Below are positions 43,801 through 46,982 of a DNA stretch of 64,000 nucleotides, one piece after another; position 1 is the first letter of the stretch, and the number at the start of each line of letters is the position of its first letter. The notes beneath the pieces were generated by a model. The model worked only from the letters and a program-made list of their open reading frames with translations. It was not told where the DNA came from and ran no database searches. The position numbers and the translations under genes were made by a program. The stretch spans positions 381 through 64,380 of the forward strand of contig JAZQXE010000103.1 in NCBI GenBank assembly GCA_045632705.1, read 5' to 3'. The stretch is from Eubacteriales bacterium. GTDB taxonomy: Bacteria; Bacillota; Clostridia; Oscillospirales; CAG-272.

Positions 43801-45413
43801 TCGATACGATGAGTGCTAAAAAGAGAGAGGCACTATTTTCGGCACAGAGGAACTTTGCGCTTCAGTTTGCGAGAAGCACTACGGGAACGGCTCTGATCGC
43901 CGTGTGCGCCGCGCTCGCGCGTCTTGGACTGTTTGGATATTCCGATGACGACGAGGACGATGACAGAGCGGCGTTTGAGAGAGATCAGGGACTTGACGGA
44001 TTGCAGGTGAACTTCTCCGCGTTTGGCAGATTTCTTCTCGGAGACGACTCGTCCTGGCGCGAGGGAGATATGCTCGTAGACCTGGGATTTCTCGAGCCGC
44101 TTGACGCTATTGCTTCTATCGGAGTTGCGCTTGATAATACCGCGCAAAAGGAAGGACTTTCCCTTGGCGGATATATCGGAGAGGGAATTGAGGAGACCCT
44201 CGATGCACTCGTGCGGTCAATTTCTGACATTCCCACTATGCAGACGATATCGAGCGTGTACGATTCGTGGAAGTATTCGGATGCCGACAACGTCGGAGGA
44301 AAAATAATTGACTGTGCCGTTACCTTTGCGGCTTCCTCGGTGACGGGATTGATGCCGAATATCGTTTCGCAGTTTGCGAATGCTGCAGACTCATATTACA
44401 GAGATACGTACGCGGATAACGAGACCGAGACTCTCTTGCGCAAGATAGCATACAAGATACCGGGTATTCGAAATCTTTTGCCAAAATCTCAAAACGCGTG
44501 GGGAGAAGAGCGTGAGTACACAAACTCCGTAGCTCACGCGATAGGCGCGGTGTTGTTCCCGGGCAACGTAAATGAGCTCAAAACCGACGACGTAGAAGCG
44601 GAAATAAACCGCCTAGCAGATCTTGCTTATCAAACGGACGGCGTTGATATCATCCCGGACAGAAGCGTCCGCTCTGCCTTAACTATCGCGGGATGCGAAT
44701 ATACTCTCTCCGAGAGGGATAAGGTAGAGTTTGCGGCTATGAGAGGTCAGGTAGCGTATGCTCTTTACGCCGAGATAATAACCTCGGAAATTTACAAAGC
44801 CGTCTCGGACAGTGAAAGAGTACTGATGCTCGACCTGGCAAAAGAGTATGCAAATTACGTTGCAACGAAAAACTACGCCGAGAAAAACGGTATAGACTAT
44901 AAAAATTCCGCAAAAGAGAAGATAGAAAACAGACTTTCATCGGGTGCGGTAGACAACTTTGCGATAGAAGCGTACAAAAACCTGATACAAGGCGACGGGG
45001 AAGCGCAGAGCATCAGCAGTATAGTCAACGACACAGCGCTTGACAACAACGTAAAATTACAGCTCATCTACGCTTTGACGACTACCTACGACAAGGATAC
45101 GGGCAACGTTGACAGAGAAAAATACGATAATATAGTAAACGCCTGCAATGCGGGCGCGCCGTTGACTCTCGTATCAAAGTTTCTCAACTACTGCGACTCG
45201 ATACAGAGCTCGGTCGACCAGAGCGGCCGTACGGTATATACCGATATTGACGGTGTTAGCGCAAGGCGCAAAACGGAGCTTTGCGAGCGGTGGCTCGAAA
45301 CGACGAGAATGGACGTTGACGAGCGCGGTAACTTTGTCAGAGTGACAGACGAGATCAGATACTACCTGTATGCGCTCCAATATCCGAGCGAGCGCACAAA
45401 TCCCTTCAGATGA
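28839..45413 (+). CDS. giant 5,524-aa modular polyvalent-type protein (candidate packaged/ejected effector polyprotein)
   Basis: A single uninterrupted ORF with SD aaaggagcgg. The N-terminal ~900 aa are coiled-coil plus Gly/Ala-rich hydrophobic segments. The centre is a mosaic of repeated modules including an HEXXH peptidase, a PBECR-like module and an ART-like module. The C-terminal ~1,050 aa contain hydrophobic segments (TALIAVCAALARLGLF). Confidence 0.85.
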   Translation: MSIADIKALSDEKRTKDTLAKTNRESAATLTPNASALYRAKENKLERLGKTKAGTPVISGLDSYYKQYSDAVKTEKDADSLYSRLSGLSASNEYLKKDVEGMRSKYGDEWADAQLSNLSSIKRSIKDAEFSRLVGEYEKAVEYNASLYDGDVYNENNAYSLEKLKADAEAFGRNAHEWYDYVESRRTEKGDEWADSARAFIDRAGKFYGSAWKNYASLMDGAQTLTAGGAYESDAERYAAQNKAYRDALYSSKYKDHTYDELMSAKSDLFRNEKKNDTSTPLPYEIYNTTAKGDSVSSLLKTNAKPKLDLSARVGISDEEAKRELDWINEHKSDITYLLGADDETIDRVRRGMEAENETLKNERNRLASEIRGIKDPTESEREKIKEYEKRIKEIDDRVEYGILGYTDDGIAVTFDNIKAINRADTTLADIERSEEQKRAFEKAQMRNNELEMINEIARVTSEPTFIVKNNEKKKKLDETELDVGEDEVQFYSSFASAESAFDLLTPEQKDLCEYISKTYGIHIVNGGRFDVAELERARRRLFEEKNAAVSRFEAYGYDFGELDYYLDLKEDIKESAKRAEEDAAWAKEHPVLSTISTLYRAPLTVFDYADNLIDSSKGIGRENSIYGVSNVYDDNFINRNNTYLGAVSESIYDSVKDTTDSTTLAWLASTAYSGVTSATQSAMTTAVCVTLFGPALGSKVALGVMGAEAASSSYNNAVKNGSSNLEALLTSMAAGTAEVLFEKLPMDNLIKLGRGMNASEMSGLLKKALYASSGAFKQALTEAGEEFGTEIVNLLADELINGDHSSYANNVKKLMTDGYTYDEARQKASEEVVLGVLSSAIGGFIGGASSGSVGSIVGLSQLLSDNSSERDMLDTLTSREFAEAESESFELLRELAASDKKVAGVTLAGYVDEYSALRDEVTDTGLKDAISEKISALSEFALENGIPLATQTKNIKTTADISPNVPIDAFLDGATLHTKQKGGKKTTALRRAYSLVSAVPESVDGILSLFERTGANVKNIIEDQTSWYLQSYTKHISQTEFANIDSTLGYHYAQEKARGIVTDEYVRTQVAAQYLASVIAKGGFSKSAFDISASDPMTVQRLVNIASGAYHKSAAKSLVRRANRLSEIETVAGKITEMMTEAERYEALKNRKLQVAQVNQENAIKIAETSPELIDKTLKKSNALRLIKRLGEEFGVFKQYQNSDIDIKFEFGKNNLAESLTKQKGNYDLYAHMLSCFDEVVENAIGIEVHNRNQDGYIPDPTLNKVYVLCSAFENEDGIIPCKLSVKEFNDKTNRLYVAVALESIKKDRVVSMGVPNTRSHVRTSPVTISIRDLFANVNSRDVDFLKYIPDKFLSEEQIAAKSEQKNNSNTSYNTKTSKSHTSANLNGRITIDGEVSKTKNNFKGSLPDERIFIDENLKKSFRGVAEDGRKIYESNFPFMLKAYTDKQKENWVGSKRIVLYENEKQFREFINESLNNKQYNKKMYFGAVSSELAELIRNKTGIEAEGYNVSLSSNEIRKIIKDHGDENKELPRGQRAVTADDFLNIPKVIQSPDEIRKGQKDYDGKPVILFDKVFKGQFTVVAVVSDKHLDIRVQTSYIGIKKGNLATPVDASSPAFTSETSRGTVSDIIIPHLQGKVNINVKEKSNGDYVYRFNAEKKSSTRRTLHAGVSTVKGANGELFLDNNISQDTFVVNSNDMQNKEKYTEKISGQSVISENGHGTPYQTADGSSVTHPGEKVNTKTSKSHTSANLNGRITIDGEVSKLTDVQLDSIDGIGVLARALGLNVHIYNSSVIDGERYIVNSDGEVIKSPNGWYDTNDGSIHIDVNAGGRGTMLFTMSHELTHFIRDWSRQKYEKLERYVRAFHEEDGRSIDELKNEQIELARQNGIAITDDVAMEEVVATTLEGMLSDGSIIEHVANIRKIDTTLGDKIKSKISELIRKIKDAYARIPARTSNSTFLSETEEALAELQALFEDALLNASDNYTRAENKKASGEGKRYSIKYPKYSKAEIESNIKQLSKMSSVYDVSAEKLKKTGVSPKEQFRQYFKSLNENIYTEEFGDVSLRNSSVKSEIRHGITAEKTASIEAIPAVLEKGKVVFSKSKETDTERIVVAAPIKIGDTTYFMGVMLQRNSQNQRLYLHNVVIEKETSFPSQTDSLTNWALEENESLYMTSILQNVLRVKNQYMQNSGNYTRAENKKASGDGGVIYDVGYTTDNKPVALNIKKVDMRSPSNSNNAKNSSNISTNNNVSQDTSVVNSNYMKNGGNYTRAKNIKASGEETDKKKYDLDESLGIQLYDWLYGQGKKYGSYNGEFFKLGTTPTIFTKHGAPSVELIMYDDVITKVTGGKHNISLDEIAKLPSQLNDPILLFSGSVPNSFVALTELVDKLGNDVIVAVHINKHYSRNVVNKIASLYSKSDNNGNNRIIDYIKRQINEQNLIDASNNKASNWFTTRGLQLPKVVQTILDANKRISQKDPVVNIDDMQYGDDYTQKEKQKASGEDKRYSIKYPKYSKADIESNIKELAKMASVYNVSAEKLKKTGKRPREMYEEFFALNNNNIYVEEFGDIELSKASVREEIRHGVPPEKIASIEAIPAVLKNGKVVFFKNKETDTERIVVCAPVTIGNTPYFMGVMLQRNSQNKRLYLHNVVIEKETSLSSQTDLVTTGALEENESLSMTSILQNALLVKNQYNVVIEKEASSSSQADSLTNWALEENDTLFITSILQKVLHVKNQYMQNGGNYTRAEKKRSSTEGGVIYDVGYTTDNKPVALNIKKVDMHMPSNSNNAKNSSDISTNNNISQDTSVVNSKYMKNGGNYTRGEKKKVSEEETKASAANSSGETGVGILSQSFIDKTLRSFAIKSPGDFIHVQRQVFGTLVDEGFFTDEEARSRTDVNEETGMEIETNKSGIYETFDRDNYGIRGRNIKFIKLATVRQLPEIIKNGTLIEDNVLNSHNNSSNVSFSYIEHEIDVDGTPVTIKVSVKKTPQKNKLWVHSVYTEKISGPDAISKNGNEAPYQTADGSSVTYPGEKVNTKNKNSHASVTLRADEVYKQRTDLAVGDKVGAVTLVADLDTGKPVTPKLRVEFDREDMSSYILATIESLGDKELVGAFEDELAILLMDSDADLPMLDAVDILSEYVRDGSITPEQAAQILSKELSDPTGADIPTLVERATYGDGVGDSLGSSAYSYDALTKKQDVSVTMLPYDIPRTAEGKIDRKTIISLGRFNARSQNNERNTPTETYVYVPDIDVDVLIRKDGLEHGLSRDDDTALATIKIGDLLKNSIAVNELNGRTNGKRSTDMAYVLLSIGENKNSPYLVRTIVDKTTNAVMEISTYGLYAIKAKKEGALFMPEGNEAVGDNRSYPFLRSTISIADLLESVKNEPIANEIFSNDVLEKIGATRTEGTLSPDIRYSFAEPNGGDGVKYSLENSKIVRNMPSSKRYQILSKKYFTEIPSVAKLSTGILEKVKDISSWEDINAFQGKEKRELIMKIADEFGVFKTLKNTDIELHFEFSKNNYRESFNKQKRQYEHFAKMFSVFDKVIAQAIGIEVHNKNDIGYKPDPTLENVYVLLSAFEDGDYIVPVKLEIKEFKDKENKLYVAIALDKIKKTGVSEQGTTENGVAQDSRPVKITITDLMQKVNPHQLEIKEFNDKENKLYVANALDKIKKTGVWKQGTTENGVAQDSRPVKIIITDLMKKVNPLQTSFTKYFPNEVLTNEQKQVLIEQGIYNSDTGIPRSISEPDGGDGVRYSLGDTSIDIKDISTYITKKESNTVTQALDVNTSSSTSETELASPDIASGKRVSQSETDVNSHYMRNHKRYSLEEYNKPITAADVDVLKSIDKINGKPKSVSQFTSEDIEKTQKWAYKFYKEIGTKSPFFRAWFGDWREYDSSKTTIVSTEGALRGNTRNEDTDWNIIISRQVHKETTHHSSEKVKTAVRYLPYIEQITKNAVLLDSYISEKDNNLSAMFHSFYAYTEMFGYPALLKLQVEELINEKTGNALSRDYILQNIKEEPISKSRRFSKAHHSETDSSTISVSDLFELVKENDKDFHYRPVDPVLLNSDGTPKVFYHGATEDLTAFDSDQIASDEGSFLFFENREEAQAYGENVFEVYLQGRKLADYDDQPSEFYRLNDKHSQAEYLKDKGYDGWYRDMDSDGWGEVSVFSPGQIKSAAEFVDILYELGYTESEIENYKKRVGITNDEQRNVSEFDRSVAIRHDSRGRRGTATSGLPNNSRGQARGVSGRQEPLGRSDTGTERTGIRKYDLGISSSLAEPDGGGVVEYSNEDVDVNTNDKSLYNKNKDGGITNGSQDPERVAGRALSTARRSNDVLREQSNDSAGLSVRMGDGGIGSEILDVERQGSSGRHGEPGRKTVQSLSGVHGSVRRTELNGYNKDGGITNGSQDSERVAGRALSTARRSNDVLRKQSNDSGKMSVRVGNSRSGNQGDVVERYGSSGWLGRSQGLANSSIQSLLGDIRVKELSLIDSIGRSAGDESENADAKTRKRKADNKVSRVYSHTVAALYAQAEKDNVAELEDSIYSYNVLHERDSIRAAKTRLESRYEYEKEYLSQKEYWSGEDLDVAMGIETRERQAAIESGDYKEAAKWIKLIQEHGTSAGKFIQSFAKYTRTPSGIVARIINKLKTVEGYTDDDIARILPKLTQSAALLESVSYGDVEGIKNTIREFAKTRNTKIGDKHFYTRLSQALDEVNDFEFLNKLATAQLENMATDNMEPSVFKKLSSFQTMAQLLTLKTYERNVVSNAAMEVMEALATNNLGYVVDRVIGTFTKVNTVGLQSTRWKKTARAAAAEGRYRATLEVGLDARVRDSYDDIVGGGERNRKKTNEKYYNTYKRTWSAASGNPLIRGLSTAEKLLGYSLNVTDAKHKAGVEKEVYDSLSFAVEKGYISDSEARRIAKSEAEYRAFQNSNVVSDMLYDLKQSANRIGTKDFGLGDLVQKYTQVPGALISRVIEYSPVGYAKAVYNFIELCRAGANVDTMSAKKREALFSAQRNFALQFARSTTGTALIAVCAALARLGLFGYSDDDEDDDRAAFERDQGLDGLQVNFSAFGRFLLGDDSSWREGDMLVDLGFLEPLDAIASIGVALDNTAQKEGLSLGGYIGEGIEETLDALVRSISDIPTMQTISSVYDSWKYSDADNVGGKIIDCAVTFAASSVTGLMPNIVSQFANAADSYYRDTYADNETETLLRKIAYKIPGIRNLLPKSQNAWGEEREYTNSVAHAIGAVLFPGNVNELKTDDVEAEINRLADLAYQTDGVDIIPDRSVRSALTIAGCEYTLSERDKVEFAAMRGQVAYALYAEIITSEIYKAVSDSERVLMLDLAKEYANYVATKNYAEKNGIDYKNSAKEKIENRLSSGAVDNFAIEAYKNLIQGDGEAQSISSIVNDTALDNNVKLQLIYALTTTYDKDTGNVDREKYDNIVNACNAGAPLTLVSKFLNYCDSIQSSVDQSGRTVYTDIDGVSARRKTELCERWLETTRMDVDERGNFVRVTDEIRYYLYALQYPSERTNPFR
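32960..33034 (+). repeat. 75-bp perfect direct repeat, copy 1 (encodes NTKTSKSHTSANLNGRITIDGEVSK)
   Basis: Identical to 34055-34129. The offset of 1,095 bp equals 365 codons. Confidence 0.9.
33207..33680 (+). other. module resembling phage Barnase-EndoU-ColicinE5/D-RelE-like (PBECR) nuclease domains of polyvalent proteins
   Basis: SSNEIRKIIKDHGDENKELPRGQRAVTADDFLNIPKVIQSPDEI ... FTVVAVVSDKHLDIRVQTSY. Called from recollection of the family pattern only. Confidence 0.35.
34055..34129 (+). repeat. 75-bp perfect direct repeat, copy 2
   Basis: Identical to 32960-33034. Confidence 0.9.
34131..34575 (+). other. zincin-like metallopeptidase module (HEXXH at 34359-34373)
   Basis: GGRGTMLFTMSHELTHFIRDW. 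The context resembles MPTase-PolyVal domains. Confidence 0.6.
39585..39938 (+). repeat. 177-bp (59-codon) tandem duplication, two near-identical copies
   Basis: The copies at 39585-39761 and 39762-39938 both encode LEIKEF(K/N)DKENKLYVA(I/N)ALDKIKKTGV...GTTENGVAQDSRPVKI.ITDLM.KVNP. Confidence 0.9.
40975..41345 (+). other. ADP-ribosyltransferase-like module (ART-PolyVal-like)
   Basis: LLNSDGTPKVFYHGATEDLTAFDSD...GSFLFFENREEAQAYGENVFEVYL matches the remembered pattern G.P.vvYHGT..f..Fd...g.fFt....A..Y....v..vyl. Not verified by search. Confidence 0.4.
41428..41631 (+). CDS. nested +1-frame ORF 1 (67 aa, acidic) inside the giant ORF
   Basis: GTAGGT-ATAACAA-ATG has the same spacer as the other two nested ORFs. 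The product MTNNEMYLNLIDQWLLGMIAEDDEELRRL...LTPEQREQAYENMIWE looks globular, while the giant-frame translation here is R/G/S-rich. Confidence 0.4.
   Translation: MTNNEMYLNLIDQWLLGMIAEDDEELRRLDCLTTHGDRHAEYQGDKSRWVDLTPEQREQAYENMIWE
41749..41994 (+). CDS. nested +1-frame ORF 2 (81 aa) inside the giant ORF
   Basis: Perfect SD GGAGGA lies 7 nt before the ATG. It is a paralog of 42025-42261, and the pair differ mainly by third-position-biased substitutions in this frame. Confidence 0.6.
   Translation: MAVKTPKEWQEERFQPLVEATTFYGNKVMIPQGYQCAWEMAELEVKFLMSKGKDPLEGTENRGGRRYNPYLVYMEAYEEPN
42025..42261 (+). CDS. nested +1-frame ORF 3 (78 aa) inside the giant ORF
   Basis: Same SD and first 31 codons as ORF 2. 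There are 16 synonymous-only codon differences from ORF 2 in this frame. Confidence 0.6.
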   Translation: MAVKTPKEWQEERFQPLVEATTFYGNKVMIPEKCLFAWEIAEAETKEMLSKGMDPVDGLEGHRGLRIVPYKVYLEIFE

Positions 45414-45435
45414 TACGCGGATAAAGAAAAGAAAA

Positions 45436-45465
45436 AGCACTTGCAGTCAATCGACTGCAAGTGCT
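45436..45465. terminator. bidirectional terminator between the giant ORF and the convergent 79-aa gene
   Basis: AGCACTTGCAGTC-aatc-GACTGCAAGTGCT: a 13-bp stem. The T-run is strong on the minus strand and weaker on the plus strand. Confidence 0.75.
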
Positions 45466-45489
45466 TTTCGTATGTTTGGAGTTACCGGA

Positions 45490-45729
45490 TCAGGAAAGAG
45501 CGGCGCAGAGTCTGTCCTCAACTACGTCTTTCAGATGTACGGGGGAGAGACGCGACTCATTGCACTCGCGTGCCAGCTTTTCAACAAACTCCTTGTTTGT
45601 TGAGACGTCGGGTACCTCCGCTACGATGATGAGATCCTCTCCGTCATTTTCGAGCGCTATTATGCCGTAGGTGGTGTATACCTCCTCGTTTATTTTGAGC
45701 TCTCCTTCGATTACTTTGTAGTTAGTCAT
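45490..45729 (-). CDS. 79-aa acidic protein at the element right end (resembles a small conserved clostridial DUF family)
   Basis: SD aaagagg. Sequence VYTTYGIIALENDGEDLIIVAEVPDVSTNKEFVEKLARECNESRLSPVHLKDVVED. Confidence 0.65.
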   Translation of the reverse strand: MTNYKVIEGELKINEEVYTTYGIIALENDGEDLIIVAEVPDVSTNKEFVEKLARECNESRLSPVHLKDVVEDRLCAALS

Positions 45730-45750
45730 TTCTTTTTACCTCTTTACTTT

Positions 45751-45882
45751 TTAAATTTTTTTGATATTCGTTTTTGCTTTGTTCGGTCTTCGTTCTTCTT
45801 TGTGCTTGGGCGGTGCGTTGGGAGTTTTAGAGAAAAACAATAGATCGTGTCGCCGTGCTGTAAACAACTTTGTGTCAGGCAT
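45751..45882 (-). CDS. 43-aa basic protein, first gene inside the right junction
   Basis: Strong SD GGAGGA lies 6 nt before ATG 45882. Sequence MPDTKLFTARRHDLLFFSKTPNAPPKHKEERRPNKAKTNIKKI. Too short for the ORF track. Confidence 0.45.
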   Translation of the reverse strand: MPDTKLFTARRHDLLFFSKTPNAPPKHKEERRPNKAKTNIKKI

Positions 45883-45902
45883 AAGCTGTCCTCCTTATTT
45901 TT

Positions 45903-45932
45903 TAGCGGGCAGGGGCGCACCCGCTAATTTTT
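45903..45932 (+). terminator. hairpin with T-run on the plus strand only
   Basis: TAGCGGG, a 10-nt loop, CCCGCTA, then ATTTTT. On the minus strand the hairpin is followed by A-residues, so it should not stop transcription entering from cotJ. Confidence 0.4.
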
Positions 45933-45942
45933 GAGTCATTTG

Positions 45943-45968
45943 CAGATATCAAGTGCATCCTCATTCTT
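45943..45968. repeat. attR: element-side arm beginning CAGATATC (45943-45950) plus 6-bp core ATTCTT (45963-45968)
   Basis: Mirror image of attL. The joined element ends give CAGATATCAAGTGCATCCTCATTCTTTAGGACATACAAGATATCTG, with 15 of 23 arm positions symmetric by my count. Confidence 0.8.
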
Positions 45969-46158
45969 CAGTGCCTATGTCTGTTAAAATACCAACTACC
46001 TCGTTATACGGCATTGAGTACCTTTGTTGCAGATATCTCATAGAAGCACCAAGCTCACCGTCGGGGCCTCCTATCTGCGAGATGATTATTTGCGCGTACA
46101 GCGGATTGGGGTTCGTTATTTTTACGGGGTATTGCAGTTTCTTTTCGTATATCCACAT
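45961..46158 (-). pseudogene. cotJC: cotJC 5-prime portion (65 codons), terminated by an element-supplied TGA
   Basis: MWIYEKKLQYPVKITNPNPLYAQIIISQIGGPDGELGASMRYLQQRYSMPYNEVVGILTDIGTEE is colinear with the B. subtilis CotJC N-terminus MWVYEKKLQYPVKV...GGADGELAAALRYLNQRY...LLTDIGTEE. Confidence 0.9.
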
Positions 46159-46159
46159 A

Positions 46160-46441
46160 TCAGTTTGCCTCGCTTTCCCACGGCCAAGGAGACTCTATCC
46201 AGCTCCATCGGCTTCCGTTGTTTCCGTACATAGTCAGAGGTCCGTACTTTTTCTCGTACGCCTCCGTCGCCTCTTCAAGCTCTCCGAGCAGAGTGTTGTA
46301 GTATTCAAGTGCCGAAGCGTCAGAGGGGTAAGCGTCGAGGTATAGTACCGTCTCGTAAAGTGCAAAGCTCAGCTCACGCACCTTTTCGCGAATATTGCCC
46401 GTTCTGCATCCGCAGTTTTTTTGCATTTGCATATTCATCAT
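46160..46441 (-). CDS. cotJB: spore coat protein CotJB
   Basis: LYLDAYPSDASALEYYN ... YGPLTMYG ... SPWPWE. Start refined to ATG 46441, with GGGAGG 6 nt upstream and an ATGA overlap with the cotJA stop. Confidence 0.85.
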   Translation of the reverse strand: MMNMQMQKNCGCRTGNIREKVRELSFALYETVLYLDAYPSDASALEYYNTLLGELEEATEAYEKKYGPLTMYGNNGSRWSWIESPWPWESEAN

Positions 46442-46764
46442 TTCATACCTCCCGCTATCCACGGTTTGTCAAGCTCACAAAACAAAGTGCCGCGGGAAAG
46501 AGCTACGCCTGTCTCGTACAGCTTTTCAAAGTGCTGATAGGGAGAATAGACCATAGCAAGAGAAACTCCTTTCGGACATGCGGAATCAAGTGCGTCGTTT
46601 CCGTTTGGCGAATTTACACATCCGCCACCTGACTGTGAATTTCGCATATTCGAGATTCCCCCGCCGCATCCAGTGCCACACGTGCCGACTACGGCGTCGG
46701 TATCAAGCAGCTGCCCGAGCAATCGCGGGTCAACTCCCCGATATCTGTTTGGGTTATATTTCAT
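46438..46764 (-). CDS. cotJA: spore coat-associated protein CotJA
   Basis: C-terminal LAMVYSPYQHFEKLYETGVALSRGTLFCELDKPW matches the CotJA signature. It is the first gene of the operon. Confidence 0.85.
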   Translation of the reverse strand: MKYNPNRYRGVDPRLLGQLLDTDAVVGTCGTGCGGGISNMRNSQSGGGCVNSPNGNDALDSACPKGVSLAMVYSPYQHFEKLYETGVALSRGTLFCELDKPWIAGGMK

Positions 46765-46982
46765 ATTTGATAACTCCGTTTCTTCTTTTTAGACGGATAT
46801 CGTTTCTCCGTCTGTTGTTAGTATATGAGGCGTTTTCGTTTGTTGATAAAAGCGAAGCGCAAAGAAAAAAACGGCACGGAAAAAACTCTCTTTTTTCCGT
46901 ACCGTCATTATTTACCTATGCCGTACATAAGTATTTATTGAGTTGCTTTAACTAAAATTTGTAAAAAAATCGGAGGCTGAAT

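Larger units (their letters stand above)
9076..45965. mobile_element. prophage-like intervening element (~36.9 kb) inserted in cotJC
   Basis: It is bounded by the two halves of cotJC. It carries a large serine recombinase, ImmA/XRE genes, Rep, terminase, portal, capsid, lysin and holin genes. Confidence 0.9.

Noticed and set aside
45903-45932. Hairpin at the right junction considered as an insulator stopping cotJ transcription from entering the element
   Set aside because: The T-run is only on the plus strand. On the minus strand (the cotJ direction) the stem is followed by A residues, so it cannot act as an intrinsic terminator for cotJ transcripts. It is kept only as a possible plus-strand terminator.
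9076-45965. Search within the element for reverse transcriptase (DGR/retron), toxin-antitoxin pairs, restriction-modification or other named defence systems
   Set aside because: No RT motifs (YxDD), methyltransferase motifs, or recognisable toxin-antitoxin gene pairs were seen. The only accessory-looking genes are the two small right-end ORFs and the modules of the giant protein.
46765-46982. Hairpin ACGGCACGGAAAAAA...TTTTTTCCGTACCGT (about 46868-46906) upstream of cotJA considered as a riboswitch or regulatory RNA
   Set aside because: It is a simple A/T-flanked hairpin lying between the divergent cotJA and SLH-protein genes, with no conserved riboswitch features that I recognise. Its function is undetermined.
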